64,000 nt of DNA from Blastocladiella emersonii ATCC 22665 (lineage: Eukaryota > Fungi > Blastocladiomycota): contig JANHCV010000007.1 in the NCBI GenBank assembly GCA_025594325.1, positions 248,001 to 312,000 of the forward strand, in the 5' to 3' direction. Every line of letters starts with the position of its first letter. Positions within the stretch are counted from its first letter, which is position 1. This document shows positions 45,807 to 56,977 of this stretch, in pieces. The notes beneath the pieces are model-generated. The model was not told the origin of the DNA, did no database searches, and saw only the letters and a list, made by a program, of their open reading frames with translations. The position numbers were made by a program, and so were the translations under genes.

Positions 45807-47692
45807 ATGAACACGATGCTACGACTTGCTGCAAATGTCATTCGGTTGCGCGCCCGTGCTCCGGTGCACCGCACAGTCAACCACTCGGCGGGTCGCGCGA
45901 TCGGCTCGGTCCCACAGCCCAAGCTTGGCCCACTTGGACGGAGCTTGCATACCCCGCTGCCACGTGCTAATCTGCGAAAGCTCGAGAAGCTTCGTAAACG
46001 TTGTCAAGCGTTTCTGGATTCTGGCGAACTTGACGAAGTCCGCTCGCTGCTATCGGACGCACACTCTCAAGGCAACTTTGTCAAGTCAGTCGCGCAACCC
46101 GAATTTTGCGAATTCCTTCTTGACGCGGCGTGCCAGGCCGAAGGTGCCTCAAGGCAATTGTCGCACCTCCGAGCGGCAGTCCAGGTGGTAATGCGTTCTC
46201 AACCCGCGGACGTTGAGTTTGCGTCACGCCTCGCTACTCGCGTCCCTAGTCTCGTAGACACCCTCGTCATTGAGCGTCGCCTTGACGCTGCCGGCGACGC
46301 GCTCGCGCTACTTCCGGGGCTTCAGAAGCCGATTGACATGCAGTGCTTCAAGCTTATCGCCAATCAGCACTTTGCTCTCAGAGAACGCAGGACTCTCGAG
46401 GACGTTATTCTTCGTCTGTTTTCGTCCGAGCCTGAGAATTGGCCCTCGCTGGCTTGCACGCTTCTTGCCCGCGAGCGCATTTTCCGTGGAGCCACTACCA
46501 TTTTTCCACCGTATCACAGGCAAATGATTGAATCGAAGGCCGCCTTGGACATGCAGTACTACAACACGACCATCGAGCTGCTGTCAAAGTTCTCTGTGGC
46601 GGTGAACCCGCCGTGTGACGATTACCTTCGCACCGCGCTCGCAGTTCACGCGGACATGCGCATCGCAGGCTTTTCGCTTACCCAGATTACCACTGTGGCC
46701 TTGAAGCGTGCAGCGGCACAGGTTTACGACCCTGAGCTGCTGGCAGCTTTATATGACGTTGTTCGACTTGCTCCAACTCCGAGTTTTGCAAAATCAGTCC
46801 CGCGGCCGACTCGCAAGCCGGCGTCCTTCAGCTCCGAGTCTGACGCTGTGCGTTCTGTGCTGAAGGATCTCGCGTCGAACTCAGACGCTGATCCTGACCT
46901 GGTGTACGAGCGCATGTTGAACATCATCCACTTGTACGGCCCGACGACGCTTTCACTTCGTCATTGGTGCGGACTTGTCACGGCCATTCACCGCCGACTA
47001 GACAAAGCTGATCCTGGGACGATTGAGCTACTCTGTCGGGTCCACTTGACAGTGCTAATTGAGGTCGGCCTTGGTCGTGACTTGTCGGATACGAGCGCCT
47101 ACCTTACTGGACTCTTGATGGCCCTTTCGCACATATTTGATGCCCGCCGGACTCACAACGTAGCAGTCATCCCAGACTTCAATTGCTACCCGATCATCGC
47201 CATGATTGAACAGTACATATTCTTTGAAGATCGTCCCTTCAATTTATGCCCCCCCCCTGGGCGCACACGTGGGATGTTGCCTGGCACGGCGATCAATCTG
47301 AGGAAGGCCGTCGCGCCTTCGTCGACGCGATGTGGCGGCCTCAAGCGCTTTCCGTTGCTGCTGACGCGATCGGCTTCTCTGGCCACCGTGACTTGCTCCA
47401 GCGCCTGGTCAAGGAGATTCTCAAGGGCGGACCGAATCAAAGAGACCTGGCCACTATCACGCAAACAAATACGTGGACCTCGCTCACAGAGGCGGCCCTA
47501 CGCGTTGGCCTCGGCCAGTTGGCGCTCAAGTGCGCGACCGAGTACCGCGAGCGGGCCGGAGTCCCGCCTGACGTCAAGCTGATTCGCACGGTCAAGAGCA
47601 TGATCGGAGCGCGGGACAACAAGAAGCTCAAGTGGGTGCTTGAGGCCCCTGAGTTCGTGGACTTGGAGCGCCGAGTCAGGACGGCTTCCTGA
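45807..47692 (+). pseudogene. Family A paralog A5 (short form), frameshifted in a C9 run at 47249-47257 (or a sequencing error)
   Basis: MNTMLRLAANVIRLRA. TGC+C8+TGG breaks the conserved CPPW motif, and the downstream frame resumes WHGD...WTSLTEAALRVG. Confidence 0.75.
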
Positions 47693-47817
47693 CTTGCGCC
47701 GCCTTTGGATTTGGTTTATGTACCATTAATGTACCATTTCATACACCCTTCAATGCACGCTCCTCTCTCCAGTGCGCGATCTCGCCGGATGGCGTGATAA
47801 GTGATCGGCGCGTCTCC

Positions 47818-47823
47818 CACGTG
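47818..47823. promoter_or_regulatory. CACGTG E-box ~78 bp upstream of A6 ATG
   Basis: CCACGTGAG, homologous to the A1 site. Confidence 0.4.
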
Positions 47824-47900
47824 AGTGGCGGCATCAGCTGTGCTGATCAACTCGGGCGCATTCACGCTCTCCGCACATGTAGACCAGCACACACCCTGCC

Positions 47901-50900
47901 ATGTATTCAATGTTACGACTTGCTGCATTTGTCAGGCGAGGCCGCACTGCTATCGTCCCGCGGGTCGCCACCATGTCATCTCGAAGCGGCCTAGGCACCG
48001 CGGCGTTGGAGTTTGCTGGCCCGCCGACACCGGGCCGTGGGTCGAAGCGCCTTACCTCTCGTTCTTCGACAGCCAAACCGCAGTCGACTACGCCATCGCA
48101 ATCGCACGAGCGGCCGCGACAAACCCGTCTCACCTACTTGACGCAGTTCGCGCCAAACGCTTCGCCGTACGACGTAACTCCTGCGGAAAAATTACAGCTC
48201 TCAGTGACCAAGCCCAAACCTGCAAAGCCCTCGCCTTCACCCGCTCCTTCGCCCGTTCCTTCGCCCGCTCCTTTGCCCGCTCCTTTGCCCCCGCAGTCGC
48301 AGCCGATCCCGGCTCTCAAACCCAAAGCGATCAAGGTCAACGTTGCTGCCGCTTCCGGACCGAAGCCGCCCATTGCTTCATCTTCTGCGCCGCCGCCGGA
48401 GCCGCGGGCCCCGGTCGAACCTCTCTCCAAACGGGCCGCTGAACGCCAACGACGCGACAAAGTAGCTGCAGCCGCGGTGGCCAAAGCTTCCCCCGACCCG
48501 AACTCGGCGGAACCTAAACCCGCCCTTCCTCCCGCAAGCAGTGCTGCGGCAACGACGCCTCGCGGCGTGATTCATAAGGCCGCCGTTGGCGAACGGGCTC
48601 CCTCAGTCAAATCGCGCGCGTCGGCGGAAGCGGCCAAATCCAAGCGACTTGCTGCCGAGAAGCGCGCCAAGGTCAAGGCCGAGGCCAAAGCCCGTAAGGC
48701 TGCGGCGGCAGCGGCACGTCGCGCCGAGGAGGAGGCTGCAGCCAAAAGGCTTGCCGAAGCCAAGGCGGTTGCGGAAGCCGCAGCAGCCAAAAAACGCGCC
48801 GAGTACGAGGCTGCTCGCAAGCTCGCCGAAGAGGAAGCAGCGAAGCGCGCCAAGCTATCCCCGATCCCGCGCGCCGAAGCTTCCGTCCTTGCGGGTGACG
48901 CGCAAATGTTCCGCGACGCGGTACGCGAAGCCAATTGGGATAAAGTTGACGTCTTCTCCGCCAAAAAGGTCAAGCCGCTACTTTCGCTTCTCGCTGCGCT
49001 TCCCTCAATCAAATCCAAGTCCGACGACCCGAGTTCGGTGTGGTGCGAGGGTATTCGCTCGCTTGTTCGCGGACTCCAACGCATCCCGCGACTGCACGAC
49101 CTCTTTTACGATCACGAGGCCGCGCTGTCGTCGTTTTGCGTGGGCACCTCGCGGCGCGACGTCGAGGAGAGCGATGCCGAATTCCTCGTTTCGCTTCTTG
49201 ACCCGGCATGGGCGCCTGTCGATGCGATCGTCGCTGTCATTCGTGTCTGTGGCCAAGTCCGCCGGATCGACGAAGTTCAGCGCCTCGGCCAGCTGCCCGG
49301 GGTCCCTCGTTACCCGGTGATCGGGATTCTTGCTGCCTACTACACTCAGCGTGGCGATCTTGCTTGGGTTCGCGCGCTGCACACGGAGGCCGTGGACCGC
49401 GGCTTCATCGAGCGGCCGTACGCCGACCTGAACTTCAACCAGCTGCTTCTCGAGGCTGCAACGAATGCTCAAGATCTGGATGCGGAGGCTGCCTTCGTGG
49501 AGGGCATGGTCGAGGATTTCGCGGCTAACTCGCAGCCTTTGGCTTCTGCAACTGCTTCTGAGCCTGCGGCGCCCCGTGCTCCCGAGTTTCTGGTCAAGCG
49601 CATCACGAAGGTGGCGCAGGAGCTTGTCACGAAGCTCTACCTTGGCGATGCCGAACGTATCCACTCGCTTCGTGGCAAGCTCGGTCTTCCGCCACTCGGC
49701 CACTTCATCTGCCTGATTGCGCAGCGTCATTATTCGCAGGGTCGTCCCGAGTCGGCGCTAGCGCTCATTGGTCAGTACGGCGATGATACCGCCCAGTGGA
49801 ATGCGGGCGTTACTGAAATTTTTATCCGCGCGCTTGGCGCTCTTGGGCAGTACGACGCGGTCATCGATGCGCACACCACTTTCCGTGGACTCGAAGACGG
49901 ACGCTTGCTCGACGGATGGTACTATAGTACGTTGATCATCACTCTTTCGAACGCGGCGACTTCGGGACCGCAGCCCCGTGTCGACTACTTGCACGCAGCG
50001 CTTGATTTTCACCAAGAAATGCTTCAGCGCGGCACCCCGACACCTCCAATCGTCACTTCTGCGCTGCAGCGTGCCGCCACGAAGTTCCGCGACCTTGCCG
50101 TCCAGGGTCGTGTGCACGAAGCGCTTCACGCGACACCTGCGAGCCGGAGACGGAAAAATCGAGCTGATGCGGCTTCGGATCGGCCCCAAAGCCCCGCTGA
50201 CCCGCCCAAGGCTTCCGAGGTGCTTGCCGTGTTTGCCAGGGATATCGACCCGCTTCTCGAACCCGGTTTGCGCGCCAATGTGCCACTTGCAGTCGTCCGT
50301 ACACTCGCGCTCATGGACGAGCACGGTGACCAGAGCATCCCGCTGCCGCTGTGGAACGCGCTCGCGACGGGGGTGCGCCGCTGCATGGACAACACGGACC
50401 CCGAGACGCTTGAGCTTCTCGGCCGGCTGCACGAGACGGTCATTTTCCGCGTCGGGATCGGCCGCGAACCGCGTACGACCACCGCCTACTTGTGCGGGAT
50501 CATGGCGGCCCTCTCGCATGTCTCGTCTCGGCAGAACGTGTCTGACGACGCCATCATCGCAATGCTGCGCAAGTGGATCTTCTTTGACTCGGACGTGCCC
50601 GCGTGCCCGCCTTGGGTGAGCGAGAACGAGCCGTGGCACGGCAGGAACACGGAAGCCGACCGACGCGACTTTGCTTGGGCAATGTGGACGCAGCAGTCGC
50701 TCTCCGTCGCCGCCGACTCGATCGGGTTCGCCGACCGCCACGACCTGCTCCTGCGCCTCATCGACCTGATCTTCGCGGGCGGCCCGCACGGCGTCAACTT
50801 CGCCATGCTTACCAACGCCAACGTGTGGACGTCGCTCGCTGAAGCTGCGATTCGACTCGGCGACGGCGAACTCGCGCTCAAGTGCGTCACCGACCACCGC

Positions 50901-51056
50901 ATCCGCGCGGGCGCGCCCGTCGACGCCAAGATGGCGAACGCGTTGGAAACCATGGTCAAGAACCGCATGTCCATGTACGCGTGGATGCTCAAGGACCCGC
51001 GGTACCTCGCCCTGCAGCGCGAGTACCAGGAGCAGCAGCGACGCGCCAGCGTGTGA
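47901..51056 (+). CDS. Family A paralog A6, long form (1051 aa)
   Basis: Open ORF with presequence-like MYSMLRLAAFVRRGR and a Lys/Ala/Glu-rich helical linker. PPR-like motifs FNQLLLEAATNAQD, TEIFIRALGALGQYD, YYSTLIITLSNA. Family C-terminus present. Confidence 0.88.
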   Translation: MYSMLRLAAFVRRGRTAIVPRVATMSSRSGLGTAALEFAGPPTPGRGSKRLTSRSSTAKPQSTTPSQSHERPRQTRLTYLTQFAPNASPYDVTPAEKLQLSVTKPKPAKPSPSPAPSPVPSPAPLPAPLPPQSQPIPALKPKAIKVNVAAASGPKPPIASSSAPPPEPRAPVEPLSKRAAERQRRDKVAAAAVAKASPDPNSAEPKPALPPASSAAATTPRGVIHKAAVGERAPSVKSRASAEAAKSKRLAAEKRAKVKAEAKARKAAAAAARRAEEEAAAKRLAEAKAVAEAAAAKKRAEYEAARKLAEEEAAKRAKLSPIPRAEASVLAGDAQMFRDAVREANWDKVDVFSAKKVKPLLSLLAALPSIKSKSDDPSSVWCEGIRSLVRGLQRIPRLHDLFYDHEAALSSFCVGTSRRDVEESDAEFLVSLLDPAWAPVDAIVAVIRVCGQVRRIDEVQRLGQLPGVPRYPVIGILAAYYTQRGDLAWVRALHTEAVDRGFIERPYADLNFNQLLLEAATNAQDLDAEAAFVEGMVEDFAANSQPLASATASEPAAPRAPEFLVKRITKVAQELVTKLYLGDAERIHSLRGKLGLPPLGHFICLIAQRHYSQGRPESALALIGQYGDDTAQWNAGVTEIFIRALGALGQYDAVIDAHTTFRGLEDGRLLDGWYYSTLIITLSNAATSGPQPRVDYLHAALDFHQEMLQRGTPTPPIVTSALQRAATKFRDLAVQGRVHEALHATPASRRRKNRADAASDRPQSPADPPKASEVLAVFARDIDPLLEPGLRANVPLAVVRTLALMDEHGDQSIPLPLWNALATGVRRCMDNTDPETLELLGRLHETVIFRVGIGREPRTTTAYLCGIMAALSHVSSRQNVSDDAIIAMLRKWIFFDSDVPACPPWVSENEPWHGRNTEADRRDFAWAMWTQQSLSVAADSIGFADRHDLLLRLIDLIFAGGPHGVNFAMLTNANVWTSLAEAAIRLGDGELALKCVTDHRIRAGAPVDAKMANALETMVKNRMSMYAWMLKDPRYLALQREYQEQQRRASV
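48240..48290 (+). repeat. 12-bp coding minisatellite x4 (PAPS/PVPS/PAPL) in A6
   Basis: cccgctccttcg / cccgttccttcg / cccgctcctttg / cccgctcctttg. Confidence 0.7.
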
Positions 51057-51374
51057 GCAGGTTTGAATGTTGATTGGTATATACAACGCGTTTTCTAGTC
51101 CCGACACCCATTAGTTTCTCTTCTAGGGGAGTCCGCGAGACGCATGAGACGCGTCGCGAAATCGCGTGAGCCTCAGCTGACGCCGCTGCATTTCGGTGGC
51201 GGCGCCCAGGTGGGCCCACGCTGCCCCTTGTTCGGGATCACTGCAGGATCAGGATCAGGCGCCGCTGGCCGACGCCAACCGCGAACCCCTAACCCAGCGT
51301 TCTTCGCCCACTTCTCCCTCTTCCTCCTCCCTCTCGATCGGGTCTCTTGCACTCGAGGCACCACACTCCCTGCC

Positions 51375-52889
51375 ATGTCGACCTCGATATCGCCCGACTG
51401 CGCTGCCGTGACGCAGATCCGCTGGCGCGCGGACAAGCCGGCGGACCCCGACTGCTGCAAGTGGGCTGGGATCAAGTGCGAGCTGAACAAGGTCACCGAG
51501 CTCAACCAGGTCACCGAAATGTATGTTCGTGCTCTGCCGCGTGGAGCCCAACCTCGTCCACGGAAACTGACAGCGTGTTGATTCGTAGCAACCTCAACAA
51601 CAAGACGCTGAGCGGCCCGATCCCGCGCGATCTGGGCAAGCTGTCGGTGCTCAGGATCCTGTACGAGACTTGTAGGTTCTCGTCGGAGATCTCAGCTAAC
51701 GTGCTCCTGCACCGTAGGGCTCTGGGCGTCAACGAGCTAGGCGGGTCGATCCCGAGCGAGCTCGGCGACCTGCGTTACCTCGAAACTCTGTACGCTTGCT
51801 CACGAGAACGCTCTGTCGTGGGTTACCGACTCAACCTCGATCTGGCTCGTAGCGCGCTGGATCAGAACAAGCTGGGGGGCCAGATCCCCCGAGAGCTTGG
51901 GAACCTCGCGCGGCTCAAGGTCCTCGCTCTGTACAACAACATGCTGACTGGTGCCATCCCAACCGAGTTGGGCAATCTCGGGGCACTGGAGAATCTGTAC
52001 GTCTTGTCTCGGCCAACGGTGACGAGCGAGGAGAATGCTGACGCTCGGATCGTCGTAGCTCGCTCGAGTACAACTCGCTGTCCAAGTCGATCCCCGCCTC
52101 GTTTGGGAACCTCACCAAGGTCACCGACATGTACGTCGCCTTGCGTTTCACCTCTTGACCATCGACTACTGCTGACCAAACGCTGGTCCGCGCAGTTACC
52201 TCAACAACAACCGCCTGAGCGGCGAGATCCCGCGCGAGCTCGCCAAGCTGAAGCTCGAAAAGCTGTACGTTTCTGAACCGTGCGCTTGCTGATTGTGGAC
52301 AGCACTCTCACTCTTGCCAAGATAGGGTCGTCAAGCAAAACGCGCTGACGGGTCCGGTCGAGTACTTACCCGCCGTTTCGTACGTCGATCTCGCATTTCT
52401 TCTTGACCGCTGCGAGCTCAGCTGTCCTCGATCAACTGTAGGACTAATTGCGAGCTTGTCGGGACCGACGAGACCAACACCTTCTCGTGCTTCTCCGTCG
52501 CCATCAACAGCGGACCGTGCTACACCAACCTCAACGGTCGCATCCCAAGCGTCTGCCCGGTCGCGTCGGGGCTCCCCACCGCGACCCCAGCAGCCTCGTC
52601 CGTGTCTGCGTCCGAGTCGACGCTGCCGATCCACTGGATTGTCCTGCCCGCCGTGGCCCTGGTCGCGCTGTCTGGTGCAGTCTTCATTATGCGCAGACGG
52701 CGTAATGACGAGCGTCAGGACGCGCCTGCCAAGCCGACGCGTACCGCCGCGATGGTCGAGGCGGGCGTTATTCAGGCGTCCGCTCCCACTGTGTACGAGT
52801 ATCGTCCGAACCCCGCTTCCGTCGCCGTGGTCAACGACGACACGCTGTACCTCCCTGGCGGCCCCGCAGCTCCCACTCGCCAGAACTAG
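51375..52889 (+). CDS. Plant-type LRR receptor-like protein (Cys N-cap, ~6 LRRs, TM, short cytoplasmic tail, no kinase); 7 exons
   Basis: Six phase-2 introns (51521-51588, 51661-51717, 51790-51852, 51997-52058, 52131-52195, 52265-52325) plus a seventh at 52380-52441, so exon count is 8 if all are used. They splice CCKWAGIKC and repeats of L.L..N.L.G.IP.ELG.L..L..L. TM segment WIVLPAVALVALSGAVFIM followed by RRRR. Confidence 0.85.
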
Positions 52890-53001
52890 ATTGATATACA
52901 TGTTCGCGCATGCAGTGCCCGATTTGACGCTTGAAATGCATGAAATGCACACGTTGACAAAGTGAGAAAGGCTTTACAGAGAGACAAGTCCGCGAACCGA
53001 A

Positions 53002-53040
53002 AGACGCGTTCGGCTATCACATTTAGCTCAGGTGACGCGT
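53002..53040 (+). promoter_or_regulatory. Conserved family-B upstream element (ACGCGT...TATCAC...GTGA)
   Basis: agacgcgttcggctatcacatttagctcaggtga aligns with B3 agacgcgttcgtttatcacgtctagcccacgtga. Confidence 0.45.
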
Positions 53041-53130
53041 GGCGGGCGATCGGCGTTTTTGCGTTGGGGCGAGCAGACTTCGCTCGCTCGCTCCGCCCTC
53101 CCTCGCCCTGCCCTCGTCCGCCTCGCTACC

Positions 53131-56100
53131 ATGAAGCAAAAGAAAAAGACTAACGGCAAACGCGCCGCCAAGGGCGCGTCGACCACCCAGGTCAGCAAGG
53201 CCGCGGCGGTCGAGGCTTCGCTGACTTCGGCGACGCTCGCTCTCAACGACACGGCCGACCCGTACTACGCTTTCGGCCGCTCATATGAACGCGACATCTT
53301 CTTCCTCTACAACCCGCGCACCTTCCGCCGCATCGATGCTCTCGTCTTCCAGTGCGGTGACCTGCGCGACGTGGCCTACACGTTTAACGAGGCCAAGCGC
53401 AAGTACGGCCGCGGCGCCGATCTCACTTTCGTGCTCAGCGACATGCACCCCGAGGTGCTTGCCCGTAACCTTCTTGTTCTGCACGGTATCGCCCAGTGCG
53501 ACCCGGACGACCTCTACCCGCACGTCGCTCACATCGGCCAGCTCTACTACTCGCATCTGCTTGAGCCCAAGACCCGCGACTTCTGGTTTGCCCACATGCG
53601 GTCGTGCTTGACTGCCGACTGGACCCGCGAAAACGCCAAGTCGCGTGTGCTCGACGACGACACGCTGCGCGCCGTTCGACATTGCTGGAAGTCGTGGCTG
53701 GCTTGCGACTGGGCGCCGGCTAAACTTACTCGCGAGCGCGACGCTCATTTCACCCGCGTGCGCCCCGAGGGTGAGACCCGCGATCATGCGCGCGTCGCCG
53801 TCGATCGGATTCTGGAGGCCGCACGCAGCGCGAACGGCCAAAATTACCCGATTGGTTCCCAGAAGACAATGCTTGAGCGCGAGATCCGCTCGCTGGTCAA
53901 GTATCACACTTTTCTGTTCAAGATTCCGCCGACGCAGTACGACGGGTCGGACCGCACTCGCGAGCTTGCTGGCCTCGTTGTGAACCCGACCATGCTTCTC
54001 GTTGGGAATGACGGCGCGCTTTCGTTCTCGGCCCCCTTTGGTTTCTCTCCTGTCGAAGTTTTCCCTCTGTTTCTTAACGGTGTGGCCGATGGTATGTTCG
54101 AGACAGTGTACAATCTCGTCCTAACGCTTATTGAGGCGTTCGGCCCCGGCAGCGACCGTCGCCGCGACCCTGCCCAGATGGTCCCAATCGCGAGCTGGGA
54201 AGATCACCCGATTACTGCGCCGTTCCTGTGCCGCCTCGCCTTCATTGCCGGGCACCCGCTCAAGGTTATGGACAAGCTGATTGCGCACGGTCAGCTTTAC
54301 CATCCTCCGCAGCCGAATTATCAGTATCAGCAGCGCCTCCAGGTCGAGCAAAACTTGCTCCGCTTCAACATCATCGAGACGGGCAACCTCATGGACACGG
54401 TCGGCCTTCTCAACCTGATTGTTCACGCGTCCCCGCTTCTTGGTGTTCAGTGGGAGCACGGACACTCGTCGATTCGCACTTGGACCGATCAAGCTTACAC
54501 GATCGGGACTTCGCGTCTCGATTTCCTGCGCCGCGTCACGGGCCTCCCGCTTGAGGCCTTACCAACTCTACTTGGCGTGAACCTTTATGAGCGACCCACT
54601 TCCGACTTCTGGGCCTCGCACGTCACGCGCATTGCGTGGAGCGAGGAGCAGGTCATGCGCCGCCATGGCTGGAGCCGCGAGGAATTTACATTCGACAAGC
54701 TCCCTGCCCCGAACGTTCCCATTTCTCTCCGCGATTCGCCGGTCTTGCGCAACGCGCTGGTCCAATGCGTCGAGGAGCTGTGTGGGAGCGATACAGCTGA
54801 CCTTGTTGGCGTAGCTGGTACGTCCACTTCTCTTGATCACGCTCCCGTCGCTGTACTCCTTGTCTGACCTCATCGCTTCTTGCCACGCGTGTAGCTGGAC
54901 CGCACTCGACTGGCGCGCTTCTGCCCAAGCTCCTGGCTAATGCTTTTGCCTCCGGCCGGCTGGCGTGGACCAACGTTTCGGCGCTCGTCTCGGCGCCGTG
55001 GCCCGATATGCGCGAGTTGTGGGCCGCCATCGAGTCGTGCCCGCGGCTTCCTTCTCGCACCGCCGAAATCTTTGCGCACGCGCTGCTTCGCGGCTTCCCG
55101 CTTCATGTCAGCAACCTGCTCAACGACAAGCACTTGTACCGCGTTGAGGGGACGCTTGACCGCACGCACCTTGCTGCCGCGAGTGCTATCAACCCGCTTT
55201 CTGCAATGGTCCTCGAGATTACAGTCGAGTCGACCGTGCACCAGTTCCGCAGCCTTCTTGTGACCCCGACGGGCGACGGCGATCAGCAGCTGCTTCGTGT
55301 CGCCGCCTACGTGCCGCGCTTTATTGTTGAGGGCTCGCCGAGCGACCTTGACGCCCGTGTTCGCGTCCGCTTTGACCACGGCCTTGCCCACGCGGCTAAG
55401 TTGAGCGAGAAACGCGTCACACTTACGTCTGTCTCGGCGGTCAAGGTTCCTGTCAGCTCGCTTGCGGATGCCACGAAATGTATCGCTGAGTTCGCTGCTG
55501 CCACCCGTCTCGTTTGTACCAGCGACGGCATGCATCTTCCTACCACGAACCCAATCTTTCCCGTGACGAGTGCCGTCGAGACTCCTGAGAAGGTCTTTTT
55601 GACGCTCTCACTGCCACGCTCGCACGAACGCGCGAAGATTGGGGAAGCTGGCGTCCTTGAGGCGGCCATTGGCCATGGCGCTGCAGTGATTTCAATCAAC
55701 GGACGTCCGCAGATCATGCGCCTTCCGTGCCACACGACTGTTGACTCGATCCGCGTCAACGCGCAGCGCCGCCAGGTCGACGTCATTCTTTCGCGCGCGC
55801 TTGCGCCCGTCACGCACAAGTTCGCGCACCTTCCCCCTGTCCCTTGCATCGCCGAGCACCCCGACAATTACCCGCTTGGTCGGATCGCATGTTCGATCCA
55901 AGTCGCGGCGCTGCACTCGTTGCGATTCGCCGCGACTGACGAGGACTTTAATGACGTCGAAGCTTGCACGCGGCGTGCGCCTGGTGAGCTCGCGCCCACG
56001 GCGGAGCAGGAGGCGCGCTTCATGCGTGTGCTTGTTGCTGACATCTTCGGCGCGTATGCGCGCGGCGTCCGCGTGGTCGAGCTTATGCTCGAAGGTTTTG

Positions 56101-56640
56101 AGCTCATTCTCAATCCCGACGAAGTTATATACGCAGCCGTGCTTGTCCTCCACCGCCTTTCCGTGATCCCGCAGTCGGACCCCTCTCGCGCGCACACACC
56201 TGTGCTCGAGATGAGCTACATGCCCAACCCCAATCTCACCAAGGGCGGCACGCTGGTACCGCCCGTCAATCCCGCTGGGCTCGCGTTCATGTCCAAGATC
56301 GCGCCCAACTTTGGCAACCGCCCGCCTGGGTCTCCGCCCCACTCGATGCGCTTGGGGGTTCCGCTTGAGTACATGGTGTGTTTGCTGCACTGCCTCGAGC
56401 ACGGCTTCCTCACGGTGCCAAACAAGCACGTGGAACGAGACGGGCGCGTTCGAGACCAAGTTCTGGGACCGCGTCCAGCCGTTCCTGTACCGCTGCTACC
56501 TCATGCCGTTGTTCCCGGCCCACGGCACGCAGTACCGCGTCGCGATCCCGCCGCCCCGCGATGTCACGTCGCCCGCGGCGGAAGCGGACGGCGATTCGTC
56601 GGATGACGAGGATGAAGATGACCGTATTGTGGAGACTTGA
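53131..56640 (+). CDS. Family B paralog B2 (DUF4470-type); 1 intron; apparent frameshift near the 3' end (~56431-56437)
   Basis: MKQKKKTNGKR start; YYAFGRS, LVFQCGDLRDVAYT, LSDMHPEVLARNLLVLH, FNIIETGNLMDTVGLLNL. Intron 54818-54894. The final ~65 aa homologous to B3 (ETGAFETKFW...DDRIVET) lie in a shifted frame. Confidence 0.75.
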
Positions 56641-56849
56641 GATATGGAGCTGTATCAATTTACGCTGTTTTGTTTGCCTGATTGCTCAGCGGTGTTGATG
56701 GACGCGGAGCTCATATCTGCATGCGACCAATAGAACCTTGCTTCTTGCCTCAGCTACATTGTCCTGTGAGTTGGGTGTATCGGAAGGTGTAGCCTATTCC
56801 GGGCGACAAGAGGTAGGACTTGCTGGCGGGGGCGTCTTCGCGAGCTGTG

Positions 56850-56884
56850 AGACGCGTTCGTTTATCACGTCTAGCCCACGTGAT
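56850..56884 (+). promoter_or_regulatory. Conserved family-B upstream element, B3 copy, with inverted ATCACG...CGTGAT
   Basis: Aligns with 53002-53040 and contains ACGCGT and CACGTG. Confidence 0.45.
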
Positions 56885-56977
56885 GAAATTCCCACGCGCC
56901 GGGCTTGCATCGGGTAGGCGGTCGTTTCCGAGCCTCAGCTCTCGCTCCGCACGTCCGCACCCGTGTATCTCACTACC

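Larger units (their letters stand above)
45716..51056 (+). repeat. Right arm of a diverged inverted block duplication (A5-A6), matching A2-A1 at 1-~5040 on the minus strand
   Basis: Upstream leaders of A2/A5 and of A1/A6 align by eye. Gene order is the same and intergenic spacing is nearly equal (207 vs 208 bp). Confidence 0.8.

Noticed and set aside
51589-52264. Regularly spaced repeats resembling a CRISPR or repeat-spacer array
   Set aside because: They are LRR-coding exons alternating with GT-AG introns, with no invariant nucleotide repeat.
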